A stretch of DNA of 64,000 nt from Candidatus Latescibacterota bacterium (GCA_964291625.2 OZ220089.1:448001-512000); one strand, 5' to 3'. Positions 40,316 through 51,976 are shown, counted from the stretch's first letter. Translations and numbers: made by a program. Notes: generated by a model not told the origin, from the sequence alone.

Positions 40316-42441
40316 CAGGCGGCGCTCCCGACGATGGGGCTCCCCAGGGCGCCGTTCCAGCCCGCCAGGGGCGGCAGCTCCACCCCCGGATCCTCGCCCC
40401 GGGCCATGGCCATCAGGGCCTCCTGCATGCACAGGGCCGGCTCCCCGTTCTGCGGCTCGAGGCGGACGTAGCGGCCGTCGGAGAGACAGGCCCGGGTCTT
40501 GGAGCGGTCCGCCAGGCACAGCTGCAGGTAGTGGTGCAGGCGCGCCTTGATGCCCTCCTCCTCCACGGGGAAGACGACCTCCACGCGGTTGCGCAGGTTG
40601 CGGTTCATCCAGTCGGCGCTGCCGGTCCAGATCTCGGGATCGCCGCCGTTGGCGAAGTAGAACACGCGGCTGTGCTCCAGGAAGCGGCCGATGATGCTGT
40701 GCACGCGGATGCGCTCGCTGATGCCGAGCAGGCCCGGCCGCAGGCAGCAGATGCCGCGCACCACGAGGTCGATCTCGACGCCGGCCATGGAGGCGCGGTA
40801 GAGGGCGCGGATGACCTTGGGGTCGGTGAGGCCGTTCATCTTGGCCACGATCGCCGCCGGGCGGCCGGCGCGGGCGTGCTCGATCTCGCGGTCGATGCGG
40901 CGCAGGAAGCCGGACATCATCGTCGTGGGCGCCACCAGGAGCTTGCGGAAAGTCTCCTCCGAACGCGCCGTGAGCAGGTTGAAGACCTCGGCCACCTCGC
41001 GGGTCAGATCCTCGCGGGCGGTGAGCAGCCCCAGGTCGGTGTAGAGCCGCGCCGTCACGTGGTTGTAGTTGCCGGTCCCCAGGTGGGCATAGCGGCGCAG
41101 CTGGTCCTGGTCGCGGCGCACGACCATGGAGAGCTTGCAGTGGGTCTTCATGCCCAGCAGGCCGTAGACGACGTGGACGCCGCCCTCCTCCAGCTTCTTG
41201 GCCCACTCGATGTTGAAGGCCTCGTCGAAGCGCGCCTTCAGCTCCACGAGGACGGCGACCTCCTTGCCCTGGTCGGCCGCCTCCATCAGGGCCTGCACGA
41301 CCTCGGAGTCCTCGCCGGTGCGGTAGAGGGTCTGCTTGATGGCCAGCACCCGGGGGTCGCGCACGGCCATGCGGATGAAGTCGATGACGGTGTTGAACGA
41401 CTCGTAGGGATGGTGGAGGAGGACGTCCCGGGCGCGCAGGCTCTCGAAGAACCGGTCGGGGTCGGCGGGCAGGTTGACCTCCAGGGGCGTGAAGGGCCGG
41501 TCCTTGAGCTCCGGCCGGTTGACGAGGCCGTAGATGGTGGTGATGCGGTTGAGGTTGACCGGACCGTCGGCGGTGTAGACGCGGTCCTCGTCGACCTCGA
41601 ACTGGGTCATGAGGAAGCGCACCAGGCGCTCCGGCGCCTTCTCCTCGATCTCGAGGCGCACCACGTCGCCCTTGCGCCGCTGCTCCAGGGACTCGGCGAT
41701 CTCCTCGAGCAGGTTGTCGGCCTCCTCCTCGTTGACGTAGAGCTCGGAGTTGCGGGTGACGCGGAAGGCGCCGTGGCCGTTGACGCGGTAGCCCTCGAAG
41801 AGCTCGGTCAGGTAGTGGGCGACGATCGCCGCCAGGGTCACCATGTGCCCGGCGCCGTCGCCGCCTCCGGGCACGGGCAGGATCCTCGGCAGCACCCGCG
41901 GCACGGTGACCACGCCCACGGCGGTCGCTCCGTCCTGCTCCAGGAGGACACCGATGCACAGGGCCTTGTTGAGCACCCGCGGGAAGGGGTGGGCGGGATC
42001 GATGACGATGGGCGTGAGGATCGGCTCCAGCTCGTCGTGCCAGTAGCGGCGGACGAAGGCCAGCTGCTCGCCGCGCAGCTCGGAGGGATCGTGGAGGTGG
42101 ATCTTCTCGGCGGCCAGGGCCGGCAGCAGCTCCTCGTTCCAGCAGCGGTACTGGGCGGCCACCAGCTCGTGGGTCGTGCGGGAGATGGCGGCCAGCTGCT
42201 CCTCGGGGGTCAGCCGGTCGGGGCCGGTGCTGGTGCCGCCGCTCTCCTGGACCTGCAGGATGCCGGCGACGCGGACCTCGAAGAACTCGTCGAGGATGTC
42301 GGCCACGATGCCGAGGAAGCGGACCCGCTCCAGGAGCGGATTGCGCTCGTCGCGGGCCTCCTCCATGACGCGCCGGTTGAAGTCGAGCCAGGAGAGCTCG
42401 CGGTTGATGTAGTATTCGGGACGGGAGAGATCGACAGCCAC
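40315..42441 (-). CDS. ppk1: Polyphosphate kinase 1
   Basis: YINRELSWLDFNRRV, HHPYESF, ELKARFDE, KTHCK, GTGNYN, RFLEHSR, SADWM.RN. Confidence 0.97.
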   Translation of the reverse strand: MAVDLSRPEYYINRELSWLDFNRRVMEEARDERNPLLERVRFLGIVADILDEFFEVRVAGILQVQESGGTSTGPDRLTPEEQLAAISRTTHELVAAQYRCWNEELLPALAAEKIHLHDPSELRGEQLAFVRRYWHDELEPILTPIVIDPAHPFPRVLNKALCIGVLLEQDGATAVGVVTVPRVLPRILPVPGGGDGAGHMVTLAAIVAHYLTELFEGYRVNGHGAFRVTRNSELYVNEEEADNLLEEIAESLEQRRKGDVVRLEIEEKAPERLVRFLMTQFEVDEDRVYTADGPVNLNRITTIYGLVNRPELKDRPFTPLEVNLPADPDRFFESLRARDVLLHHPYESFNTVIDFIRMAVRDPRVLAIKQTLYRTGEDSEVVQALMEAADQGKEVAVLVELKARFDEAFNIEWAKKLEEGGVHVVYGLLGMKTHCKLSMVVRRDQDQLRRYAHLGTGNYNHVTARLYTDLGLLTAREDLTREVAEVFNLLTARSEETFRKLLVAPTTMMSGFLRRIDREIEHARAGRPAAIVAKMNGLTDPKVIRALYRASMAGVEIDLVVRGICCLRPGLLGISERIRVHSIIGRFLEHSRVFYFANGGDPEIWTGSADWMNRNLRNRVEVVFPVEEEGIKARLHHYLQLCLADRSKTRACLSDGRYVRLEPQNGEPALCMQEALMAMARGEDPGVELPPLAGWNGALGSPIVGSAA

Positions 42442-42564
42442 GTTCCACCTCGGAAGCGGTGGCTCGAGAGCCGGAGAATTCAGCGGTCCTGTGAGACTTG
42501 CTAAGGTAACCCGTTGCGGCGGAAAGAGGCAATCAGCGAGTCCGGCCGCCCCAAGGGCGATGCC

Positions 42565-43398
42565 TCAGGCCCGCCAGAGTTCCTCGACGAAGGCCCGGTC
42601 CCTGGCGGCGTTGGCGAGCACCCCGCCCAGGTCGAAGGCCTCGCCTTCGGCGGGGGTGATGCCGGCGGTGAACTCCAGGCACATGGGCCCGTCGAAGCCG
42701 GACCGGCGCACGTGGGGCAGGAACCGCCGGTAGTCGGTCCAGTCCCCCTCCTCCAGGAGCGCCGCGGCGCCGTCCTTGCGGTTCTGGAGGTGCAGGTGCC
42801 GCACCCGGGGGCCGAGGGCGTCGAAGGCGGCCACGGCCGCCGCCGTGTCGTGCTCGACGTAGGGCTGAAAACAGATCCCGACGCCGTCCTCCGGCAGCTG
42901 GTCCAGCAGGCGCCCGGTGCCGTCGAGGGTGTCGCACAGGGTCCCGCCGTGGGTCTCGAGGGTGAGCACCATTCCAGCCTCACCGGTGCGGCCGGCCAGC
43001 CGGCGCATGCCCTCCACCGAGCGGCGCCAGACGGCCTCGCTCGCGTCGGCGCTGGCGACGCGTCCCGGGAAGATCTTGAAGAACGAGGCCTCGAGGCGGA
43101 CCGCCGCCGCCAGGAGCCGGTCCAGAGTCCGGCGCTGCTCCTCGTCCTCCGCGCCCTCCAGGTGGAAGGCGGGATAGGCGCCGACCCCCGCGGCGCGCAT
43201 CCCCCGCGCCCGCAGGGCCCCGGCCAAGTGCTCGACCTCCGCCTCCGACAGGCGGTCGAGGTGGTAGCCCCAGACCTCCAGGTCGCGGAACCCGGCCGCC
43301 GCCATCGGGTCGAGCAGGGCCGCCAGGGGCCGGGTCAGGGCGTGGTCCGCCGTCCAGCGGTTGGGCTCGAGCATGATCGTGTTGAGGAGCAGCTCCAT
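42565..43398 (-). CDS. Sugar phosphate isomerase/epimerase (AP2/xylose isomerase-like TIM barrel)
   Basis: LEVWG, LETH, HLHLQN, CLEF. Confidence 0.82.
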   Translation of the reverse strand: MELLLNTIMLEPNRWTADHALTRPLAALLDPMAAAGFRDLEVWGYHLDRLSEAEVEHLAGALRARGMRAAGVGAYPAFHLEGAEDEEQRRTLDRLLAAAVRLEASFFKIFPGRVASADASEAVWRRSVEGMRRLAGRTGEAGMVLTLETHGGTLCDTLDGTGRLLDQLPEDGVGICFQPYVEHDTAAAVAAFDALGPRVRHLHLQNRKDGAAALLEEGDWTDYRRFLPHVRRSGFDGPMCLEFTAGITPAEGEAFDLGGVLANAARDRAFVEELWRA

Positions 43399-43424
43399 GG
43401 TTGATTTCCCCCTGGCCGCGGGCC

Positions 43425-44459
43425 TCAGTCCTCCGGGAAGCGCACGCCGAGCTTGATGTTCTGCTCCGGGGCGGCGGCGATCTTCGGGTACTCCAGCAGC
43501 AGGCCGTCGAAGTCGACGACGGGGCGCACCACGGATACCGCGTCCAGGGAGCCGTCGCACAGCAGGCCCCAGGCGACGTCGAAGAGGCGCCCCTCGTCCC
43601 ATCGCGGGTGCTCCGGGTTGGGCTCGGAGCAGGCCCGGGAGAACACCAGGGTGGGGCGGTTCATGTGCGCCTCGGCGCCGAGGTCGAGACCCGCAGGCCA
43701 GGCGCCGGGAGCTGCGCCCGGCACCACCGTCCCCAGGTAGGCGACCCCCCGCAGGGCCTGCTGCAGAGCCTGGTGATGGCCGCTGTAGTCGATGCAGACG
43801 TCGGCGCCGCGGCCGCCCGTGGCCTCGCGGATCTCCAGCCCGGCGTCGCAGGCCGTCGGATCGAGCGTCAGGTGGGCGCCGGTCTCGCCGGCGACCCGGC
43901 GGCGCAGCTCGATGGGATCGACGCCGATCACGGGCGACGCCCCCGAAAGGCGCGCCAGCTGCACCACCATGAGCCCGATCGCCCCGAGGCCGAAGACGGC
44001 CACGGCGTCGCCGAGCCGCACGTGGCCGTCGCGCACCGCGCCGAGGGCGAAGTCGGCCGGATCGAGGCAGACCGCCGCCTGCCACGGCACGCCGTCGGGC
44101 AGGTGCCGCACGCGGCCGCTCTCCCAGACGTGCTCCTCGCGGAAGGGGCCGTGGGCGAAGACCGTCTCCCCCACGGCCACACCCTCCACGGCGGCACCCG
44201 TCTCCACCACCTCGCCGACGCACATGTTCCCGAGAGTGACCGGGTAGCGGACGCCGGGCCGCTCCGCCCGGAAGAGGCGGCTGTCGCCGTCGAAGGCGCC
44301 GCGGGGGCCGGCGTACCCACGGTACTGGGACATCTCGGTGCCGTGCTTGGCCGCCCCCCAGCGGCAGCGCACGCGCACCTGGGTCGGCGCCAGGGGCGGG
44401 GACTCGACCTCTTCGAAGGCCACCTTCTCGGGGCCGGGGGCGATCAGTTGTCTGGGCAT
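43425..44459 (-). CDS. Zinc-binding (MDR) dehydrogenase
   Basis: KHGTE, VFGLGAIG, GADVCIDYSG. Confidence 0.88.
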   Translation of the reverse strand: MPRQLIAPGPEKVAFEEVESPPLAPTQVRVRCRWGAAKHGTEMSQYRGYAGPRGAFDGDSRLFRAERPGVRYPVTLGNMCVGEVVETGAAVEGVAVGETVFAHGPFREEHVWESGRVRHLPDGVPWQAAVCLDPADFALGAVRDGHVRLGDAVAVFGLGAIGLMVVQLARLSGASPVIGVDPIELRRRVAGETGAHLTLDPTACDAGLEIREATGGRGADVCIDYSGHHQALQQALRGVAYLGTVVPGAAPGAWPAGLDLGAEAHMNRPTLVFSRACSEPNPEHPRWDEGRLFDVAWGLLCDGSLDAVSVVRPVVDFDGLLLEYPKIAAAPEQNIKLGVRFPED

Positions 44460-44677
44460 CTCTCTGTATTCAACTATCCGCCCGGCTCCCTCCAAAGCCG
44501 TCCTGCGCCTTCTCTACGCCGGTTGGCACCAGGGCGACAGTGCAGGTGTGGACGCTTGCGGCACCGGAGAAACAGACGCTAATGTCACTGAGTCTCTATA
44601 GCGGTACATAGAGTCCTCATCTCGCCGTCCCCGAGCCCTACAACTAACCTCCTTCCGCTCACCAGGGGAAACCCGCT

Positions 44678-45154
44678 ATGCCCTTCCTGTTCGCCGCCCT
44701 TGCTGTTCTTGCCCTTGTTGGTTGTGAAGGCCCTGCGGGGCCAATGGGACCAGAAGGACCCAAAGGAGACCAAGGTCCCCAGGGAGCCCAAGGTGCTCAA
44801 GGACCTCCCGGGATTTCCCCCGAAAGCGTCCTCATTGAACAGCCGTTGTCCATATCGGCTTACAATGAGGACGGGACGATCACCATTGAGGACAGCCGGA
44901 TCACTCCCAAGACCTTTCGGGCTCTGTATCTCAAGCTGGACTTCGATGGTCAAGCCGCCTATATCCCGCTTGATTATCTCTTGATAAGTGGAGTATCTAT
45001 CGCTCCTGAATCCCAAGAGCTGCAAACCCCCATCATATTTGTTGCAGATGGGGTTCTCCTGGTCTTGGATCCAGAAGGCGAGTTGTTCAGTGCTGCGCTA
45101 CTATCCTTCATGGAGGGCGCTACGGCGAGTATGGTAGTGCTTGTTGCCGGATAG
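44678..45154 (+). CDS. Collagen-like lipoprotein
   Basis: Lipobox LVGC followed by nine Gly-X-Y triplets; markedly lower GC. Confidence 0.75.
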   Translation: MPFLFAALAVLALVGCEGPAGPMGPEGPKGDQGPQGAQGAQGPPGISPESVLIEQPLSISAYNEDGTITIEDSRITPKTFRALYLKLDFDGQAAYIPLDYLLISGVSIAPESQELQTPIIFVADGVLLVLDPEGELFSAALLSFMEGATASMVVLVAG

Positions 45155-45208
45155 CCCCCCTTCCCTTCTCCCTTCTCCCGTCTCCCACCCCTCCCTCCAC
45201 CCATTCCC
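45155..45208. repeat. Pyrimidine-rich tract with imperfect TCCCNNC heptamers
   Basis: TCCCTTC TCCCTTC TCCCGTC TCCCACC at 45162-45189. Confidence 0.55.
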
Positions 45209-45221
45209 AGACGACGATTCC

Positions 45222-46184
45222 ATGGACCGAGTGAAGATCCTCGTGCCCGGCGACGACCCGCCCCAGATCGCCGGATCCCCGCAGCTCGACCGCCTCGCCC
45301 CCTACGGCGAGGTCACCGTCCACCAGACCCGGCCCGCGGACAAGGCCGAGCAGGTCGAGCGCGCCCGCGGCTTCAACGTCATCATCAACTCCCGGGGCGC
45401 CGTGAGCTGGCGCGCCGAGGAGCTGCGGGCCCTGCCCGACCTGAGGATAATCACCACCTGCTCCATCGGCACCGACATGATCGACCTGGAGGTGGCCCGC
45501 GAGCGCGGCATCGTCGTCTCCAACCAGCCGGGGCGCACGGCGCCGGTGGTGGCCGAGCACATGCTGGGCCTGCTGTTCACCGTGGCCAAGCGCGCCTCCT
45601 TCCAGACGGCGGAGCTGCGCGAGCACCGCTGGACGCGGCGCATGAACCTGACCGTGCAGGGCAAGGTCCTGGGCATCGTCGGCACCGGCAACATCGGCGC
45701 CGAGATGGCCCGCCTGGGGGCGTCCCTCGGCATGGAGGTGATCGCCTGGACCTTCAACCCCTCCGCCGAGAGGGCCGAGGCCCTGGGGGTGAGGTTCGTC
45801 GAGCTGGAGGAACTGCTCGCCAGGTCCGACTACGTGAGCCTCCACGTGGCCCTCACCGACGACACCCGCCACTTCATCGGGGCGCCCGAGCTGGCCGCCA
45901 TGAAGCCGGAGGCGGTGCTCCTCAACGGAGCCCGCGGCGAGGTGGTCGACCTCGAGGCCCTGGCCGCGGCCCTCGACGCGGGCGGCCTCGCCGGCGCCGG
46001 CCTCGACGTCTTCCCCGACGAGCCCTTCCTGGAGGACCACCCGATCAAGCGCTGCGAGCAGGTGGTGATGACCCCCCACATGGCCGACCAGACCCCTGAG
46101 GGGGTGGAGCTGCTCAACGTCGGCGCCGTGGACAACATCATCGCCTGGCTCGAGGGTGAGCCGCGCAACAACGTCGCCGCCTGA
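45222..46184 (+). CDS. D-isomer-specific 2-hydroxyacid dehydrogenase
   Basis: VAEH, GIVGTGNIG, LNGARG, GLDVFPDEP, TPHMA. Confidence 0.93.
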   Translation: MDRVKILVPGDDPPQIAGSPQLDRLAPYGEVTVHQTRPADKAEQVERARGFNVIINSRGAVSWRAEELRALPDLRIITTCSIGTDMIDLEVARERGIVVSNQPGRTAPVVAEHMLGLLFTVAKRASFQTAELREHRWTRRMNLTVQGKVLGIVGTGNIGAEMARLGASLGMEVIAWTFNPSAERAEALGVRFVELEELLARSDYVSLHVALTDDTRHFIGAPELAAMKPEAVLLNGARGEVVDLEALAAALDAGGLAGAGLDVFPDEPFLEDHPIKRCEQVVMTPHMADQTPEGVELLNVGAVDNIIAWLEGEPRNNVAA

Positions 46185-46200
46185 GGCGCGGGAGAGGCGC

Positions 46201-47040
46201 ATGTTCACCTCCCTGAGCCCCGGCGCCATCGGCGTCTCGGCGGACGGCCTGGAGGACGCCCTGCGGCTGGCCGCCGCCCACGGCTTCGAGGGCTGCCACT
46301 TCAGCATCGCCGAGGCCGCCCGCCTCGGCCCTGCCGCCGTCACCGACGCCGCCGGGGCCGCGGGGGTGTGCCTCTCGGCCTTCGGCTTCCCCCTCGACTT
46401 CCGCGGCTCCGAGGCCGACTTCGAGGCGGACCTGGAGGCCCTGCCCGCCCTGGCGCGCACCGCCGCGGCCCTCGGCGTGAGTCGCACGGCCACCTGGATC
46501 GCCCCCGCCTCCGACGACCTGAGCTACGAGGAGAACTTCGCCCTCCACGCGCGGCGGCTGAAGCCGGCGGCGGAGATCCTCGCCGACCACGGGATCCGCC
46601 TGGGCCTGGAGTACGTGGGGCCCGACAACAGCCGCCGGGGGCGCCGCCACGAGTTCATCCACACCATGGGACAGATGGCGGAGCTGTGCGCCGCCGTGGG
46701 GCCCAACTGCGGCTACCTGCTCGACGCCTGGCACTGGTACACGGCCCGGGAGGACGCCTCCCACCTGCTGGCGCTGGAGGCCGCGCAGGTGGTGGACGTC
46801 CACGTCAACGACGCCCCTCGCCGGCCCGTGGGCGAGCAGCTCGACCACGAGCGCTGCCTGCCGGGCGAGACCGGCGTCATCGACATCGCCACCTTCCTCG
46901 GCAGCCTCGAGCGCATCGGCTACGACGGCCCGGTGATGGTCGAGCCCTTCAGCCAGCGGCTGCGGGAGATGCCCCCGGCCGAGGCGTGCACCGCCACGAG
47001 GGCCGCCCTCGCCAAGGTGTTCTCCCAGGCGGGGATATAG
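46201..47040 (+). CDS. Sugar phosphate isomerase/epimerase family
   Basis: LGLEY, DAWHW, VHVND, LPGETG, VEPF. Confidence 0.88.
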   Translation: MFTSLSPGAIGVSADGLEDALRLAAAHGFEGCHFSIAEAARLGPAAVTDAAGAAGVCLSAFGFPLDFRGSEADFEADLEALPALARTAAALGVSRTATWIAPASDDLSYEENFALHARRLKPAAEILADHGIRLGLEYVGPDNSRRGRRHEFIHTMGQMAELCAAVGPNCGYLLDAWHWYTAREDASHLLALEAAQVVDVHVNDAPRRPVGEQLDHERCLPGETGVIDIATFLGSLERIGYDGPVMVEPFSQRLREMPPAEACTATRAALAKVFSQAGI

Positions 47041-47117
47041 GGTGCCCGCGCGGGACAGGCGCCTCGGCGCCCGCCTTCGTACGCGGTCCTGCGCGCACAG
47101 GCCCTGAGGCTCGGGGC

Positions 47118-48293
47118 ATGGGCGCCCGCGTGGCCCACGTGGTCCCCACGGACCGCATCGCCTACCTGCTGCTGCGCCGCCGGCTGGCGCGCCTGGCCGA
47201 GGCCGGGTACGAGATCCACCTGCTCTGCGGACGGGCCCCCGACTCCGGCGCCCCCGGCGGCGTCGACTACGAGGCCGCTTTCGCCGGCCTCGGCGTGCGG
47301 GTCCACTACCAGACCTTCGAACGCGAGATCTCGCCGGCGGCCGACATCCGCTGCGCCGCCGAGCTCTACTTCGCCGTGCGCCGCGGCGGCTACGACATCG
47401 TCCACAGCCACAACCCCAAGGGCGGTCTCCTGGGGCCGCCCGTGGCCCGCCTGGCCGGCGCCCGCCGGGTGCTGCACACGGTGCACGGGTTCCTCTTCCA
47501 CGACCGGACGCGGGGCCTGCTCCGGGCCGAGGCCGTGGCGGCCGAGCGCTGGACGGCGCGCTGGTGCCACCACCTGCTCTTCCAGGTCGAGGAGGACCTG
47601 GCGTACGCGCGGGACCACCGCTTCAAGGCCGCCGACCGTCTGCACCTGGTGGGCAACGGCGTCGACGAGTCGTACTTCGATCCGGCGGCCGATCCCGGGG
47701 CCGGCGCCCGCCGTCGGCAGGAGCTGGGCTGGGACGCGGATTGCCTCGTGGTCGGCACCACTGGCCGTTTGGTACGGGAAAAGGGCTACGCCGAGTTCTT
47801 CGACATGGCCGGCCGCATCGCCCGCCAGCGGGAGGACGTGCGCTTCCTCGTGGTGGGGCTCTTCGAGCCGGAGCAGTCCGACGCCGTCGACCCGCTGGAG
47901 CTGGCCCGGGCCCACGGGGTCGCCGACCGCTGCGCCGTCCTGCAGGGGCGGGACGACATGCCGGCCCTGTACGCGGCGATGGACCTCTTCGTCCTGGCCT
48001 CGCACCGGGAGGGCCTGTCGCGCTCGCTGCTGGAGGCGGCGGCCATGGGGAGGCCGACGGTGGCCTGCGACATCCGCGGCTGCCGCGAGATCGTCGTCGA
48101 CGGCGTCACGGGAAGGCTGGCGCCGGTGCGCGACGCGGCGGCCCTGGCCGAGGCGGTGGGCGGCCTGCTGGACGACGAGCCGGCGCGCCGGCAGATGGGG
48201 CGGGCGGGCCGGGAGCGGGTGGTGTCGCGCTACACCGAGGATCTCGTCGCCCGGCGCGTGATCGACTGCTACCGGCGGGTCCTGGAGGCCTGA
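47118..48293 (+). CDS. GT4 glycosyltransferase
   Basis: HSHNPK, HTVHG, GRLVREKG, EGLSRSLLEAAA (EX7E). Confidence 0.92.
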   Translation: MGARVAHVVPTDRIAYLLLRRRLARLAEAGYEIHLLCGRAPDSGAPGGVDYEAAFAGLGVRVHYQTFEREISPAADIRCAAELYFAVRRGGYDIVHSHNPKGGLLGPPVARLAGARRVLHTVHGFLFHDRTRGLLRAEAVAAERWTARWCHHLLFQVEEDLAYARDHRFKAADRLHLVGNGVDESYFDPAADPGAGARRRQELGWDADCLVVGTTGRLVREKGYAEFFDMAGRIARQREDVRFLVVGLFEPEQSDAVDPLELARAHGVADRCAVLQGRDDMPALYAAMDLFVLASHREGLSRSLLEAAAMGRPTVACDIRGCREIVVDGVTGRLAPVRDAAALAEAVGGLLDDEPARRQMGRAGRERVVSRYTEDLVARRVIDCYRRVLEA

Positions 48294-48296
48294 GCC

Positions 48297-49394
48297 TCAG
48301 GCGGACTCCCCGCCGGGCGCAGGGCCGTGCCTCTTCTCGAAGGCCTGGATCTCCTCGGCGCCGTCGAGGATCCCCATCTCCAGGTGGAAGTCGCGGACGG
48401 CCCCGGACTCCAGGTACTCCAGGGAGCCGTTGGCGCGGTTCCAGGCGCGGCCGAGGGCGGAGCAGTTCCCGGGCTCGATGCCGGTCACGTAGGTCCCGCG
48501 GTGGAAGTGCTGCCACTGGGAGAGCAGGGGGATCTCGGCGACCGGGAAGCGCCAGTAGAGGCCAAACCCGAGGCGGTCGTTGACCAGACCGGCGTGGACC
48601 TGCCCCCGGCGGTCGGCGCGGGGCCGGTGGACGTAGACGTCGTCCCGCACCCGCTGGCGGGGGCCGGCGGCCGTCGTGTAGGTCTCGGGACCCACCTCGC
48701 GGTCGGCCGTCCACTCGGTGGTCCGCTGCGAGCGCAGGACCAGGCGGGTGCCGCGGTCGAGCAGGGGCCAGCCCGGGTTCGTGTGGTAGAGGACCATCAG
48801 CGGCGCCGGGTCGGCGCCCAGGTTCTCGACGCGGTCGTGGATGTGGAAGCGGCGCTCGCCGAGGACCATGGAGATCTCGCGGGTCATCTCCAGGCAGTGG
48901 CCGAACATGATGTGCTCGCGCATGCGGCCGCCCACGCGCAGGACGTACTCCTCCCCCTCCCAGCCGCCGCGGGCGTACACGTCCTTGGCCGGGATGTAGG
49001 AGAGCCGCCCGTGCAGACCCAGCTCCTCGTTCTCCTCCTCCGGGTCGACCTCGGGATGGCCGACGAAGGTGAGGCCGCAGGTGGTCAGCAGACCGAGGAA
49101 GGAGCCGCGCATCCAGTCGTAGCCGGCCGGTTCGTAGAAGGCCGGCCCCACGTCTCCCGTCTTCGACCGGAAGCAGAGGGACATGCCCTTGTAGTGGGCG
49201 GAGGCGATGTCGAGGGAGCGGCCCGGCAGCACCGAGAGACAGAGGCCGGAGGCGTTGAAGAGCTCCACGAGCCCGGCGCCGCGCTCGTTGCCCTCCACCA
49301 GCTCGGCGCGGCGGACGCCCGCCACCTGGCTCATGTCCCCCACGAGATCCTGCACCTGCCGCCGGCTGTAGCGGCGGCCGAATAGCCTCGGCAT
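48297..49394 (-). CDS. Aldose-1-epimerase-like (DUF4432) protein
   Basis: LLTTCGL, LHGR, LYHTN.GWPL, GIEPGN. Confidence 0.85.
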   Translation of the reverse strand: MPRLFGRRYSRRQVQDLVGDMSQVAGVRRAELVEGNERGAGLVELFNASGLCLSVLPGRSLDIASAHYKGMSLCFRSKTGDVGPAFYEPAGYDWMRGSFLGLLTTCGLTFVGHPEVDPEEENEELGLHGRLSYIPAKDVYARGGWEGEEYVLRVGGRMREHIMFGHCLEMTREISMVLGERRFHIHDRVENLGADPAPLMVLYHTNPGWPLLDRGTRLVLRSQRTTEWTADREVGPETYTTAAGPRQRVRDDVYVHRPRADRRGQVHAGLVNDRLGFGLYWRFPVAEIPLLSQWQHFHRGTYVTGIEPGNCSALGRAWNRANGSLEYLESGAVRDFHLEMGILDGAEEIQAFEKRHGPAPGGESA

Positions 49395-49522
49395 GGCCTG
49401 CCTCCTCTGGTGATGAGTCCCGGGTACGGGTTCGATCACCCCTCCCTCGGAGTGATCCGGCGCCTTAGTATACGGGGCCGTCCCCGGCGAGCGCATCACC
49501 CGGTGCAACGGGAGACCGACCC

Positions 49523-51374
<1,852 letters not shown>

Positions 51375-51379
<5 letters not shown>

Positions 51380-51405
51380 AGGCCGCCCGCCTGCGCGCCG
51401 TCCGC
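51375..51405 (+). repeat. Direct repeat copy 1 (26 bp exact, 30/31 bp extended)
   Basis: CTTGAAGGCCGCCCGCCTGCGCGCCG, identical to 52275-52300. Confidence 0.95.
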
Positions 51406-51455
51406 GTGAAAAGGCCCGGCCCCTTGCGCTGAAGCGAGGCTCGGCCACGGTCCGT

Positions 51456-51484
51456 TTGACGCCCTTCTACCGTGCTCGTAGCTT
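51456..51484 (+). promoter_or_regulatory. Sigma70-type promoter of the toxin-antitoxin insert
   Basis: TTGACG-N17-TAGCTT. Confidence 0.55.
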
Positions 51485-51590
51485 GCTCACGGCAGGCTCC
51501 TGGGTTACCGATACGAGACTTCCAACGACTTCTCGCAACAGGTAACGATGGGAGCCTTTGGTGTTTGAACCTGGATCAGGACAAGAGCCC

Positions 51591-51848
51591 ATGACGACCG
51601 AAGAGGAACTGCTCCAACGCATCACCACGCGTTCGGATGTCTTCGGCGGCAAACCGATTGTCCGGGACATGCGCATCGCCGTTGAACACATTCTGGGCAT
51701 GCTCGCAGCCGGGGATACCGAGCGGTCCATTCTGCAGGAGCACCCATTCCTCGAACCTCAGGACATTCGGGCGTGCCTGGTGTTTGCCCACCGCACGGTT
51801 GCGGGCGAGCAGGTGCATGAGCGTATGCTCATGCGCACAGCAGGGTGA
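51591..51848 (+). CDS. DUF433-family antitoxin
   Basis: RIT...VFGGKPIVRDMRIAVEHILGMLAAG...HPFLEPQDIRACL. Confidence 0.92.
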   Translation: MTTEEELLQRITTRSDVFGGKPIVRDMRIAVEHILGMLAAGDTERSILQEHPFLEPQDIRACLVFAHRTVAGEQVHERMLMRTAG

Positions 51849-51976
51849 GGTTTCTCCTCGACGTATGCGCCTCATCCCAGCGAATGCAGCGTGCATTGGT
51901 GGACCAGGGGCATGACGTCCTATCAGCCCTGGACAGGAACCCTCGCGCGGCGGACGAGGAACTCCCGACGCGATGA
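51845..51976 (+). pseudogene. Truncated DUF5615 PIN-like toxin
   Basis: GTGA overlap; VRFLLDVCASSQRMQRALVDQGHDVLSALDRNPRAADEELPTR* (43 aa), lacking the later T-x-D-x-D-F part of the fold. Confidence 0.75.

Noticed and set aside
51974-51976. TGA in the PIN-like gene as a second Sec codon
   Set aside because: No SECIS-like hairpin, not a Cys-equivalent position, and PIN similarity does not resume downstream
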